Below are positions 15,363-33,697 of a stretch of 64,000 nucleotides of DNA, piece after piece. The stretch is from the human T2T-CHM13v2.0 reference genome, Homo sapiens. The DNA lies in the NCBI RefSeq assembly GCF_009914755.1, contig NC_060928.1; one strand, written 5' to 3'. The translations under genes and the position numbers were made by a program. The stretch's first letter is position 1, and each line of letters begins with the position of its first letter. The notes under the pieces were generated by a model, which was given only the letters and a program-made list of their open reading frames with translations, did no database searches and was not told the origin of the DNA.

Positions 15363-15739
15363 GGAATGACTCCAAAGGCAGATTTCTTCTTCAGGGCTTT
15401 CAAAGTGGTAGGATCCACCAAAGCTGGGGATTCTCATTGGATATGCTCACAGTAGCTCTGTGGATGATCATGTCAAAAACCTTACACTCTTGCAGGAATC
15501 TGAATATGCACCCTCTCTAGAAGATTATACCTGTACAAATCTCTCTAGTCCTGGCGTAGTTTAGATTTAATGGTCTTCTTGAGGGAGAATTAGAGATAGC
15601 TTAGAGTCATGGATCTTTTGTCTCTTAAAATGACTCACCCATTTACCTCCTAATGATTTCAAAGTTTAGAACATCTTCTGTGTACAAGTAAGTGGTCAAT
15701 TTCTGATGATTTGTAGCTGTGGAGGCTAGGCAGACCTCA

Positions 15740-16030
<291 letters not shown>

Positions 16031-16237
16031 CTAAACTCTTACTCTTTACTGTCTAAAACTCAGAGACATTACTAGTTTACTACCTGAATTGACTGTCCAA
16101 ATCTGAGTAATTTGGATTGCAGTGGGTAGTTGTACTCTGATTAAGTTCTTATCCTGTCCTTTTTTGGGGAGAACCTAGGAGTTGTAGGAAAGAACCGGGA
16201 AAAATGTAAGTCTAAATAAACCATTTCCTACCACTGA

Positions 16238-16402
<165 letters not shown>

Positions 16403-16963
16403 TAATGCTTAGTTTGATTATTGCAGAAAATGAAATCTTAAAATAGAAGAGACTGCTTAATAGAGCTGATTTGCAATTTTCTATTTCTTGTATTGCTGCT
16501 TGCCATAAAACCTGACAGGACAGAGAGGAATTAGCAGTTTTATTTACAGGAGCATAGATTCATAAAGCTATACTTACTGTGAGCATTCTTTGAAGTGAGA
16601 CTACATTAAAACTTAATTTGCTGTTTTCTTCAAAAGTTGAATTTTTACAAGAAGACTCTATAAATTATAATACATATTTGGTGACCTGCTATGTTTTAGT
16701 TCTCTTAAAAAGCCTAAATTCATTGGCTGGAAAGTCATCTTAAATCCTTTCTGGAACAAGTTCAGGTCCAAATAAATAAGTCTATTCGTGTCATTCTGGG
16801 AGTATACAAAAATACCTCAGGTAAAAATACTATTTTTGTTTTATTTTATCAATTAGGAAAGCTTTTTAATGGCCTTATTTGCTGAGTTGAAGAGTTCATC
16901 TGTTTTCAAATATTTATATCAAAGTCTTTATTTTGGGAATTGTTTTTTTCCTTTCTATAATAG

Positions 16964-17023
16964 ACTGACAAAGGATTTGACAAAGCCACTTTTGAAAGTC
17001 AGATGTCTGTGATGAGGGGTCAG
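16964..17023 (+). CDS. PI4K2B: PI4K2B coding exon 9
   Basis: Boundaries taatAG|ACTGAC and GGTCAG|GTAAGT; 60 nt. Translates TDKGFDKATFESQMSVMRGQ. Confidence 0.96.
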
Positions 17024-17158
17024 GTAAGTTACCTTTTTATTTGTTCATAAGGAAAAAAATCTCTTTGAAACAGTAGTCAACTGTTTTCCCCACTGTGATC
17101 TGGAGATGGAATTTTTAATACTACCTCTTATGCTGAACCAAAATAGCCCAGATTATTA

Positions 17159-17512
<354 letters not shown>

Positions 17513-17518
17513 TTATAA

Positions 17519-17835
<317 letters not shown>

Positions 17836-18112
17836 TAACTTAGGTATTTTTGACCTTGTTGTATACTGTTTATTTAGCTCAGTGTTTCCCCTGCTATGAA
17901 TTGTTTGTCCCCATTTTGATAGCTATTTTCTTGGGCATCACTACCTTTTTCCCTCTCAGATTCACTCACTTAGACATTTCAGTACCAAGTTCTGTTGTCA
18001 ATAGATTACTTTTTTTCTTTTTTCGCGGAATGTGGCTTTTGCTAGAGCAGTCACTAAATAACCATGTCACCAAGATTGAGTATCAATTGTGACATGAAAA
18101 AACTAATTGTAA

Positions 18113-18464
<352 letters not shown>

Positions 18465-19679
18465 CCCTCCTCACCTTTAGTTAAAGGTTAGAAGTACAAG
18501 GCATTAAGTCTGCTGATGTGGATCTGCAGGCTGGGCTCACTGCAGGCTGGGCTCACTGTTAGATGACTTCTGCTTCTTGGACTCTATGAATGGTATTTCT
18601 ATTCCAAAAGGAAAGCTTGAAATATAAATAAATTATACTGTAAACATTGTCTTTTAGCGTCTTATAAATTAACATTCTCTTCCTAAAATATACATTTAAG
18701 GTAGCTGTTTGCCACAATACCTGTAGCAAAGAAGTACAAGTCCATATAATTACACAGAGAATCATTCATTCATTCACCAAATGTTTATTGACAGAACTAG
18801 TGCTGGCAACTAGTCACTGGAGATAAAGCAGTAAGCAAAACCAAGCTTCTGCTGTCATGGAGTTTTGCTCTGCAGAGAAGGCCAGGGCTCGGTGAAAAGG
18901 GACAGGTGATTTTAGATTATTAGCTCACGCATCTCTCTGCTCCATCACATTTATGCAGTGCTTAATGCAGTCATGAGTTTTAAGTAGTTAAGTGAAGGCT
19001 CGAGAAATAGAATGGAGCCAGAGTATAGAGGGCCTTAAACACCAGACTGTAGATTCCACAAGGAAAGGATTGGAGCAGTTAGAAATTAAGCATTAAAGAA
19101 GGGCTGTGATGAGACAGAAGTTTTCGAAAAGGAGATCTTATTCTGGGTTTCTTCTATGAACTCCTTGAAATTGTGTATGAAATGTTAATATGTGCATTTT
19201 GGGTGTGAGAGAAGATAGGATTTATATCTCAGCAAAAATATTTATATCCCTCAAAAAAGTTAAGGACTACTGCAGAAGGCTGGGCTGGACAGTAGGGTAC
19301 AGATTTGCTTAGTAGACGAGGAGATGACAGCCAAGGAGCCTCACTAAGAGGCTTTTTCTGGTAATTGAGGCATCAATGGAAGGATTAGGTGATCAATGAT
19401 TATAATCATGTTGCAGAGTTTTGCCATCCCAAAACTTATTTGAGCTAAATTTTTAGGCATAGATAAATATGCCTTGATTTGACCTTTGTGTTTGAAATAA
19501 ATTGACTTGACATATCAATATGCTTCATCTTCTGGAACTTTCTTATCCCTAAAGGTTTATTTTTATTTTAGGAATCTGATTTAAAATAAAGAAGTAAATA
19601 AAAGCTGTTAAATAATTTTGTCAGCTTTAATTGTGGTTTAAAGTTAACACCTGAGGAATTTAAATTTTTAAAAAATACC

Positions 19680-20698
<1,019 letters not shown>

Positions 20699-22582
20699 TT
20701 TACCTATATTCCAAACAACAGAATAATTACTTCAGCAAATTCCTCAAGTCAAAATACTTGTGTTATTTCTGTCAGTTATAAATATCATTTAAATCCCTCT
20801 CCCTTCCAATTTTGCTTATTAACTTAATGGTTTGTGCTTTCTACAGCCAAGTCTTTTGCCCTAGTTTGTAGTAAGCCGTTAGTTTTACACATATATCAAT
20901 GGCGTGCTCTAATTCTTCACATAAAGATGTGGACTGAAACAATATGAAAGTTTTTTTTTTTAATTCAGAGCTGGTAATAATGTTTATGAACGTTAAAGAT
21001 AAACAATGTTTTGAATTTTATATTAAATAGCAATAGGTCATAATCAGGGTAGGTAAAATTCATCTTATATTCTAATTTGGAACACTGAAACTGAGAATAT
21101 ATTTACTTATAAGCAATGTGAAATATATTTTCCATGTGACCTGAAAAAATGCAGAAATAATAACTAAAACTTTTTCTGAAAACATAATGAACTTACCTTC
21201 AGAGATTTATATACCAGAAACTCATTTACAGATTCAATAATAATTGACATTAAAGAAAGTGAAACTAACCCTTTAGTACCTCCTGGTACTTGACCCCTTA
21301 CTGGACACTTTAATGATGCTTATTATTGTTTATCCTCAAAACACCTCCACAGAGTAGTCTACGTTTTAGGTGGAATGACTTTGGCTCAAAGGGCTTTAAT
21401 AACATGTATCTGTGAAATAAGGGCGCCTGCCAGCCTGGCCAATCGGCAACATTTAGGCATTGCCTCTGCCCGGGGCCCTTATCATCTCTCCTCTGGATTT
21501 ACCGACATTCTAAGTTGACCTTCCCTCTTCTCCCATTCCTCTTCCACGCTGAAACAAGAACAATCTCTAAAAACAAATCTGAGTATGTCTTCTGTTATTT
21601 AAAATTCCTATAATTTGTCCATGTGTACAGGCTCAAGTCCAGGCTTTCAGCACAGTCGACAACACAGTCGGGCTCCAAACAGTGCATCTACCTTTATCTC
21701 TTGCCGTTTTGCCCCTCTCCCTGGGCTTGGCAAATCTGAACTGCTCTTCCTTCCCCTTTCCCAGTGGTGCTCTTGCGCACGCGATTCTTTCCCCTCGATG
21801 CCTTGCCCTCTGTATCTAGGAAACAGTTTTTCTTCCAACATCCACGTCAGTCTTCCTAAACTCCTCCTGTTCTGATTTTTGCAGCACTCCCTGGGAATAT
21901 GCTGGTGTCACATTTTACTCAGAAATTTGGTTTTTAAATCAACATATGGGGTACATTGCTATAGAGAGATAGCTTAAAATCTACGAAAAAGTAGAATATA
22001 TGTGGTTTGATGTATATAGTGCAGTAATTCTCAGGCCCACGGAAATTTAAAGACCAGCGAACTAATCTAAAGGAAAGCAAAGTCAGTATGTAGAAGCCCA
22101 CAAGTTTATACCACCTGCCTGGACCACAGCTGTCACATCCCCGTCAAGCTGTCATTATGGCATGGGTGGAGAAGTCTAGTGTCTCCCCTGGCCTGCAGAA
22201 TTTGCTCCATTCTATTTTTTTAAATAATCCACTCTGATTTAAACAGATAGTAATAGATTTGTTATTCTTTGAGAAATGAAAAACTAGGTGGTATGTTGGG
22301 GAGAGGGGATCAGATTTTAAAGTCAGGGCAGAGGTCCTTTCCATCACACACAAGTATTGCAATTACTTGTTCATGTGGCTGCTTCTAGAATTTGAGTTCT
22401 TTAAGGGCTTACATGGCTTTTCCCTCATTTGGTCCCCTCTTCTCCCCAACACCGTGAGTGCTCAGTAAGTGTTTCCTTAGTAAATAAATGCAGGATTATC
22501 AAGTGTCTTCTGAATTCCCGAAGAAATATTAATAGGTTAATTTCAGGATTTAATAATTTATGCAATTTCTGTAACTATTTGA

Positions 22583-22968
<386 letters not shown>

Positions 22969-23184
22969 TAGAGTCAGGAAAATATTAACTGTTACTTAAA
23001 TTGGTATATTTAGGCTAACATTTTTAGAATAGAATTCTTAAAACCCAAAGAGGAAACTAACCAAAACATTTCCTTCCTTAGCTGTGCTAGTGCACACTTT
23101 TATATTCATGGTAGGAACAATGCTTATAATAAACTCAAATTTCATAAATTCTTTTTTTCTTGTTATCCAAATGTAGTCAATTTA

Positions 23185-23795
<611 letters not shown>

Positions 23796-24618
23796 TCTAG
23801 TTTATACTATTTAAAGTATTATGAAGTTTATTTATTAGTATGGCTTTATGTGGAAACATTTATGCTTATCACTATTGACTAGTCTTTACAAGAACCAGTG
23901 AAATGCATAGGATGTATATATTAGATATTTTCAAATACCTGAAGGAGAAATCTGTATTTCTAAAATATACAAGAAAGGACATTTTTCCTAATATGCAGGG
24001 AAAAAAGAAGATGAACTGCTATAATTTTATTTGACCTGAACAGAGACCAGAATAATCTATGTATTGTGTTTCATAACCTTATTTGCATGCCCAAGTAGAA
24101 ATTCCCAGAGTATCTTTGAACATGATATGTAATATATTTTACTTTCCCTAATTTTATTTTTCTTAAGAGTAAACTCTTAAATGTACCTTTATTTGAAATG
24201 ACTGCCTTCCCAAATTCTCTAACCTATTTGCCCTGCTTCATGCTTTCCCATAGCAATTTCACCTTCTAATACATGGCATAATTTACATATTCATGTTTAT
24301 TGACTCTTCTCCCTGCTAAAGTGTAAGCTCTACGAAGGCAGCAAGTTTGCTTGTTTTTTTAACTATTGTATCCCTAGCACTTACAGCAGAACCTCGCACA
24401 TAGTAGGCATACAATAAATTTGTTGAATGAATGGATAAGGCAAGTATTTAGTTAAAACCAGACTGTTTAAACCAGTATTTGTTGAGTTTTTATGTTAAAT
24501 TGAATATGTATGTAGACCTCTTCACTTACCGTTCTTTGATTCCATTGCTCCTGGACATAGGCAGGATATTCTAGAATATTTTAAACTTACCATCTGGCAA
24601 AAGTTATTTAATGCTAAT

Positions 24619-24663
24619 TGTGTGTGTGTGTGTGTGCGCGTGTGTGTGTGCGCGTGTGTGTGT
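24619..24663. repeat. (TG)n/(CG) alternating purine-pyrimidine microsatellite
   Basis: tgtgtg..cgcg..tgtg..cgcg..tgt. Confidence 0.95.
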
Positions 24664-24832
24664 AAACATACATTCATATAATACATATTTATAACAGGTA
24701 CTTATCTTCACAGTCTCTGTTGCTCATAAATGGATGAAATAAAAATTATAATGAATAAATGGTTTAAAAAATGTCAGTGAAGTGAAGCTTTTTATCTTTT
24801 TAAATTGGTAAAAATCTCTCTTCTTCCCACAG

Positions 24833-25006
24833 ATCTTAAACCTTACTCAGGCATTGAGAGACGGGAAGAGTCCTTTCCAGCTAGTACAGATACCTTGTGT
24901 GATTGTGGAACGCAGTCAAGGTGGAAGTCAGGGTCGGATTGTCCACCTGAGCAATTCCTTTACCCAGACTGTCAATTGCAGGAAGCCATTTTTTTCCTCC
25001 TGGTAG
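24833..25006 (+). CDS. PI4K2B: PI4K2B last coding exon 10 (to stop)
   Basis: Acceptor cccacAG|ATCTTA. Translates [57 protein letters not shown] with TAG at 25004-25006, followed by TAA. The PFFSxW C-terminus is typical of type II PI4K. Confidence 0.96.
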   Translation: MLNLTQALRDGKSPFQLVQIPCVIVERSQGGSQGRIVHLSNSFTQTVNCRKPFFSSW

Positions 25007-25418
25007 TAAATGTCAGAGTAAGAGAAACAAACTGTTTAGAATTATCATGTTTTTAAAACATCATAGTAATATAAATCTGCTGTTAGGAGCTCCAGTTGCT
25101 AAAACCTCAATTTAAGTCTTTAAAAGGTTGTATTTTGAATGTAACCAAAAGTTTACAGTTTTTTGTCCAAATATTAAATTTCTACTTCAGGGAAGAAGTG
25201 CTATATCTCCTATATTGTATTTTTGTAGAAAATTTGTATTTTATGTTGTTGTTAGTTTAAAAGGTAATTTTACACATGCTGGAATGACTGTAATTACTCT
25301 AGAATTCCAAGTAGAATACAATAACTTTTAATATTGAGAAGAATGTTCATGCTAATTCTTCTTACATTACAAAAGGCCTTTGAGGATGCCTACGTCTGAA
25401 ATTGCTCTTACGAACTTT

Positions 25419-25458
25419 AATAAAATAGTTAGCTAATAGAAAAACAGGTAAGAATAAA
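25419..25458 (+). terminator. Candidate proximal poly(A) signals (two AATAAA)
   Basis: AATAAA at 25419-25424 and 25453-25458. Confidence 0.35.
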
Positions 25459-26886
25459 GCAATGTTGCCTTAATTTCAAAAGCTGCTATTTTAGAATTTG
25501 AATAAGTACTCCTAAAGTGACCATTATTAGGGACCAGAAAATTATATCTTGGCTAAGTAATAGAGGACCATTTTGGTTTTTGTACTTGAGAATATTTTTG
25601 GTGAATTACTTTGTTGTAGTGAGGAAAAAACCTAAGAAATTTCCCCTTTTTTTAAAAAATGGAAATATTCAATTGAGACTTGAGGGGAATAATAGAAAAT
25701 TAAGATAGATCCCCAATATTTTGGAATACCAAAATTGCCTTAAAAATTCCCTTCTGTTTCTTACATGGGATCAAATACTTGAGATTAGTACTTCAGAGTA
25801 CTGGCCTTGTTCAATTTAGTACTTCAATTAGTATTAAACTTCACTAAAAAGTAAACCATACTCCAAATTGTATATTGGATTGCATTTTGGGGTCCTAGGT
25901 CATACGTTCTTCAAAATTATTATGATTGTACTATTGTACTTGAAATTACAGATGTTATTATAATTACAGTCAAATGTAGACTATCAGGCCAAATTAAAGG
26001 GGAGCATGGCAGATAACCATAAAGTCATTTATATTTGATTTTGAAATGTATTTTTGTACTTTATTTTGAATATCATCCATATGTCTGACATTATTGGAAT
26101 TTGTAACATTGTTAATGCACTAAGTGATTTAAATTCAATTGATGAAGATGTGATTTTACAGAAGCAGAAGTTTCATTTTCTTGAGGCTTAAAACCAATGT
26201 CACCACTTGGGCTTAACTGGGTAATTTGTGGTCTAGGCCTTTTGTTTTCTAAGCTTACTATCTTGTGTTTGTTTATTTGCTTTTAATGAAGTATTTTGTG
26301 TAGAAGGTTAAATTAGGATGCAAAACAGATCTGCCATTCCTTTTTCCCTTATATCTTCCTTTTGGTCTTCATGGACGAGATGAATGAGGATTCTGCTGCC
26401 CTGAGGGAGTTCATTGGAAACCTGCGTTCTCCTACCTCTTCCAACCCTCCATTAGCTCAATTTTGAGATAATGGAAAATTGACTGGAAATTCAAAACTCA
26501 AACTACTATCTTTAGATATAAACACTAGTAATTAAAATGTGCCTTTTGAAGATGTTTTCTAAGAGAAAGGAAATACGTTGCAGTGATGTGGGTACTGCTT
26601 TCATAAAACAGTTTTTTCAGTATTTTGAGAATTGCCATATTAATTTTTATAATGGAAAACTTAATAAATTGCTACTGTTTTATATCATAAAATTAAAATA
26701 CCATGGTAATATTTGCAAAAGGTCTGGCCATACCAGAAAAGTACAGTTGAGATAGTTAAGATATAACCACAAGTCAGAGTACATTGGTTGTATTTTGTAA
26801 ACTTTCATGAACTGAATTCTTATTTAAATAGTATGGTTTTTTTTCAATAAGTATATTTATAGTGACAAATGTGGTAGACTAAAGGT

Positions 26887-27325
<439 letters not shown>

Positions 27326-27516
27326 TAATTCTTTATAATTCCAAAAGATATTTAACTGAAACCTTTATAATTAAAGACATCTTAATTGTACTTAATTAAA
27401 TATGCCACCACCTTATCACCCCAAAATTTGTCAGCAATTGAAGACTGTTTGTGGAGACATGGTTTTTGCATACTTGAAGATAATTTGATTCACAAAACTT
27501 TTCAAAAATTTGAAAT

Positions 27517-27797
27517 ACTTTGGGCACCCGAGGTGGGCAGATCACCTGAGGTCAGGAGTTCGAGACCAGCCTGGCCAACATGGCGAAACCCCATCTCTAC
27601 TAAAAATACAAAAATTGCCCAGGCGTGGTGACACACACCTGTAATCCCAGCTACTCAAGAGGCTGAGGCACAAGAATTATTGAACCCAGGAGGGAGGGTG
27701 GAGGTTGCAGTGAGCCGAGATCACACCACTGCCTTCCAGCCTGGGTGACAGAGTAGATTCTGTCTCAAACAAACAAACAAACAAACAAACAAAAAAA
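27517..27797 (+). mobile_element. 5'-truncated AluS-like
   Basis: Starts at actttggg; (AAAC)n tail. Confidence 0.88.
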
Positions 27798-28457
27798 TTG
27801 AAGTACTGTACTATATGGAATTAAAACCTTTTTTAAAAATGACGGTGCCACGTTCTTTGATCAAATTACATCTTAAATCCTTGTACAGCTGTTTGAATAG
27901 ACAGGCAGCATCCTAGGTTTTATAGTCTGCCTTCTTTCACCAACTTGCTTGGGCAACTGTACAGAGTTGTAGCAGAGATTCTTAGTGCTGTGCTATGTTT
28001 CCAAGTCTCTCATGCAATTAGTTTGGGGCCTTGTGACTGAGTTCTGGCCAGTGAGATGTGGAGACAAGTGATATATGCAACTTCCAGGCCTGGCAGTAAA
28101 ACTGTCACGATTGACCACTCTCTTGTCTTTCCATTCAGCTATGAATGAAGAATTTGCAAAATGGAAGCAGCCAGGGCACAGGAGGCACTGCTGGGGAAAG
28201 CCACCAGGAGAGCCTCCTGACTGCACTTGATGGTGACATGAGCAAGAAAGAAGTTCCATGTTGAGTCACTGCAGTTTTGAATGTAATTGTTACTCTAGCT
28301 TCGTCTCTCCTATCCCAGACATTATGATGTAAAAAGAAAAATACCAATCACTTTTAAATAGGAGGCATACCGTAACATTTCTTCACTAAAGCTAGGTGAA
28401 AGGTTATCTTTTTGAATTCCAGAATATGAATAGTTTGGGTTAAAACCATCAATACAT

Positions 28458-28590
28458 GGCCAGGCATGGTGGCTCATGCCTGTAATTCCAGCACTTTTGG
28501 AGGCCAAGGCGGGAGGATCCCTTGAGCTCGGATAGTTTGAGACTAGCCTGGGCAACATAGTGAGACCTCATCTCTTAAAATAAATAAAAT
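28458..28590 (+). mobile_element. FLAM
   Basis: Alu left monomer with A tail. Confidence 0.8.
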
Positions 28591-29401
28591 CAATACCAAC
28601 AAGATCATGTGGCAATAGCAGCTTCGGAGGATCAAGCAGAGAGAAGGGAAGGGGGATTTGTGATGGTCCTAAGAGCCAAAGAACCCAGAATTTGCCACCA
28701 TGTACCAAGCCCCCACAAGAAGGATCCCCAATAGCGGTGGGAGTTTCAATTGGTAGAACCAAAAACCACAATCAAAATTAGGAGAAGGCTGCCCAGCATT
28801 CACCTGGTAGCTAGCAAAAAGGCCTGCAGAAAGGTGTGAGGGTACTAAGGCAATCTGGTCTTCGTAGTTTTCAAAAATAACCAGTGAGAGGACATAGGGC
28901 TATACCAAGAAAAAGTACTGGGAATAGAACATGCACAGACGAGGGAAGGACCCCAGGGGTAAAGGAGAGTGGTTCAGATAATGAGAGAAGAGGGGACCAA
29001 ATGAATGAGACCGAATTCAGAAAGTACTGAAGAGGTAGGAACACACAAAACCATCTTATCTAATACTCTAATAACGACAGAAGAGAGAGCCCTAGAGCCA
29101 CGAAGCTCAGAAACTGTCCTAGCCCACCCTCACCTCCTACACAGGAATCTTCTAAAAATACAGGAGGAAACATATAGAAAAATCCATCTGATTTAAACAT
29201 CTTACAAGATGTAAGACTACATCTTACAATATGCTTGAAGAAAAAAAGGTTTACAATCTGCATAACATACCCACAGAAATGAAGATATCCCAGAAACATC
29301 TCTCTAAAGCAAAGGAAAACAGTAATCTAATGTTTTAAAACATGCTGAAGGAATTTAAGAAGCCATGGAAGCTAAGAAAGAACAAAAAAATTGAAAAAAC
29401 T

Positions 29402-29820
29402 GATCGGGCATGGTAGTTCATGCCTGTAATCTCAGCACTTTGGGAGGCCGAGGTGGGAGGATCCCTTGAGGCCAGGAGTTGGAGAGCAGCCTGGGCAACA
29501 TGGCAAGCCCCCCATCTCTACAAAAAAAATGTAAAAATTACTTAGGTGTGGTTGTGCATGCCCATAGTCCCAGCTACTAAGGAGGCTGAGGCAGGAGGAT
29601 CACTTGAGCTCAGGAGTTCAAGGCTGCTATGGTCACACCACTGCACTCCAGCTCAGGCGACATAGACCTGTCTCAAAAAATAAAAATAAGGCCAGGTGTG
29701 GTGGCTCACACCTGTAATCCCAGCACTTTGGGAGACCAAGACAGGAGGATCCCTTGAGCCCAGGAGTTCAAGACCAGTCTAGGCAACATAGGAAGACCCC
29801 CATCTCTACAAAATAAGTAA
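29402..29820 (+). mobile_element. AluJ plus FLAM in tandem
   Basis: Sense Alu consensus. Confidence 0.85.
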
Positions 29821-29910
29821 ACTAGAAGGAACACAAGTGCAAATAGACAACATATCTGCAACCACCCAACAGCAAACATCGTACTTAGTGTTGAAAAATC
29901 TAAAGCTTTG

Positions 29911-30385
29911 GGTGTTCGTTCTCTATTGCTGCTCTAATAAGTTATAATAAACTTAACTGGCTCAAAACAACAGATTTATTATCTTACAGCCCGTAGGTAG
30001 ATGTCTTGATGCAGGTTTCATTGGGCTGAAATCAAGGTGCCAGTAGGGCTGCATTCCTTTCTGGAAGCCTTCAGGGAGAATCCATTTTCTCACCCTTTCC
30101 AGCTTTTTAAGGCCACTCACATTCCTCGGCTCTGTTTCTCCTCCTCCATCTTCAAAGTTGGAGGTAGTGCGTTGAATCCTTTTCTTATTGCATTGCTCTT
30201 AAACGGACTCTTCTGCCTTCTTCTTCCACTTTTAAGGGCCTTTGTGATTACATTGGGCCCTCCCAGATAATCTAGAATAATTGCCCCATTTTTAAGGTTG
30301 GTCGATATACAACCTTAATTCCATTTGCAACTTTTAAATTCCCCAGATAGAGACATCTTTGGGAACCATTATTCTGGCTTTGCAC
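29911..30385 (-). mobile_element. MLT1 MaLR LTR
   Basis: ttgctgctctaataagttataataaactt..aaacaacagatttattatcttacag..gggctgcattcctttctgg. Confidence 0.7.
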
Positions 30386-31405
30386 TTTCCCCCTGAGATC
30401 AGTGATGTGATGAGGACACCTGCTTTTGCTGTTTTTATTCAAGTGTTATACTCTAGAGCCTAACCAGTGCAGTAAGGCAAGAAAGAGAAGTCAAAGGAAG
30501 AAATAAAATTGTGATTATTTACAGATGGCATAATTATGCATATTGGAAATTCAAAAATATCTACAGAAACCTATTAGCCTTAATAAGTGAATTTTGCAAG
30601 GTTTACATATGAGCAACGTTAGTCTGAAAATTTTAAAAGAGATCATTTATAGCAGCATCAAAACACATTGGATTCCTAGAAATAAGTCCCATGAAGATGA
30701 GCAAGACCTCTACACTAAACCATAAGAGAGCACTGGAAAAAATGAAAGATTCTGATAAGTGGAAGGCTGTACGATGCTTAGGTATTGATAATATTAAGAC
30801 ATTGATTCTCCCAAACTTATAGATTCAACTCAAAATCCTATCTGATTTTTTTTGTAAAAATTGACAGCTAATTCTATAACGTATATGGAAATGTTCTGCC
30901 CAAAACAACTGGACAAGAAGAACGAAGTTGGAGAACTTATGCTACCTGATCTCAAAACTTATAAAGCTACAGACATTGTAGCATTGGTGTATAGATAAAC
31001 ACATAGATCAATGAAACAGAATAGAAAATCCAGAAATAAACCCAACACGTGGTAAACTGATTTTTTAACAAAGGTGCCAAGGCAATTCAATGGGAAAGGA
31101 TAGTCATTTCAACAAATGGTGCCGTAGAGGGAGATAGGCAAAGAAATCAAAGATGAATCATCACCTGTACCTCATAGACTTAAAAGAGTTAATAAAAGCT
31201 AAACTTCAGAAGAAAACAGCAGAAAATCTAATGGTTCTGGGTTTGCAAAGATTTCTTAGACTACAAATGGCATAAACCATTAAAAAAAAAAAAAAGGAAT
31301 TTGGGCTTCATGAAAATTAAAAACTTCTTTTCAAAAGACACTTTTAAGAAACTGACATTTCTAGCTACAAACTGAGAGAAAATGTTTGCCAAACATATCT
31401 AGTAA

Positions 31406-31765
<360 letters not shown>

Positions 31766-32826
31766 AATATTCCCAATTAAGAAACAAAAGATTTAAAAAG
31801 ACACTTCACAAAAAAAGATGTAGAAATGAATGTCCAATAAGCACATGAAAAGATATTCAACATTGTTAGTCATTAGGAAAATGCAAATAAAAACCATGAG
31901 TAAAGTTAAACATACACTTATACCATCCGGTCATTCCACATCTTTGTACTTGCCCAAGATAAATAAAAGCAAATGTCCACATGAAAAATTGTTCATAGCA
32001 GGCTGTTTTGTAATACTCCGAACTAAAAATAACCCAGGTGTCCACCAACAGGTGAATGGATAAGCAAAATGCAGCATATCCATACAATAAAAAGATATGA
32101 ACTACTAATACACAGTGACATGGATGAATTTCAAAATCATTACGGTAACTGGAGAAGCCAGACACAGAACATACTGTATGAATTCCACTTATATAAAATT
32201 CTCTAAAATGAAAACTAATCTATTGTTAAAGAAAAAAGTGGGTATGGACATTGAAGGAGGGTTAGATTGCATGCAGGCATAAGGAAACTTTGGGAGATGA
32301 TGGAAATATTTTTATTTTATGATCCAGGATCTATGTATAAGACATGCAGATTTATTACATAGGTAAACGTGTGACATGATGGTGTGCTCCATCTATCAAC
32401 CCATCACCTAGGTATTAAGCCTCATATGCATTAGCTATTTATCCGGATGCTGTCCCTTCCCCCATACCATCCCTGCAACAGGCCCCAGTATGTGTAGTTC
32501 CCCTCCCTGTGTCCCTGTGTTCTCACTGTTCAGCTTCTACTTGTAAGTGAGAACATGTGGTATTTGTTTTTCTGTTCCTGCATAGTTTGCTGAGGATAAT
32601 GGCTTCAAGCTCCATCCATGTCCCTGCAAAGGACATGATTTCATTCCTTTTTAAGGTTGCATAGAATTCCACGGTATACATGTACCACATTTTCTTTATC
32701 CAGTCTATCATTGATGGACATTCGGGTTGACAATAATAATAATAATTCCATGTCTTTGTTATTGTGAATAGTGCTGCAATGAACATACATATGCATGTGT
32801 CTTCATAATAGAATGATTTGTATTCT

Positions 32827-33289
<463 letters not shown>

Positions 33290-33364
33290 TCACCAGTATC
33301 TGTTGTTTCTTGACTTTTTAATAATCACCATTCTGACTGGCATGAGATGTTATCTCATTGTAGT

Positions 33365-33697
<333 letters not shown>

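Noticed and set aside
25004-25009. Tandem stop codons TAG TAA ending PI4K2B
   Set aside because: Common in AT-rich UTRs; it only shows that read-through extension is blocked.
24805-25056. 83-aa ORF overlapping PI4K2B exon 10
   Set aside because: It is an alternative frame of the real exon; phase continuity with exon 9 supports the ILNLTQ..FFSSW frame.
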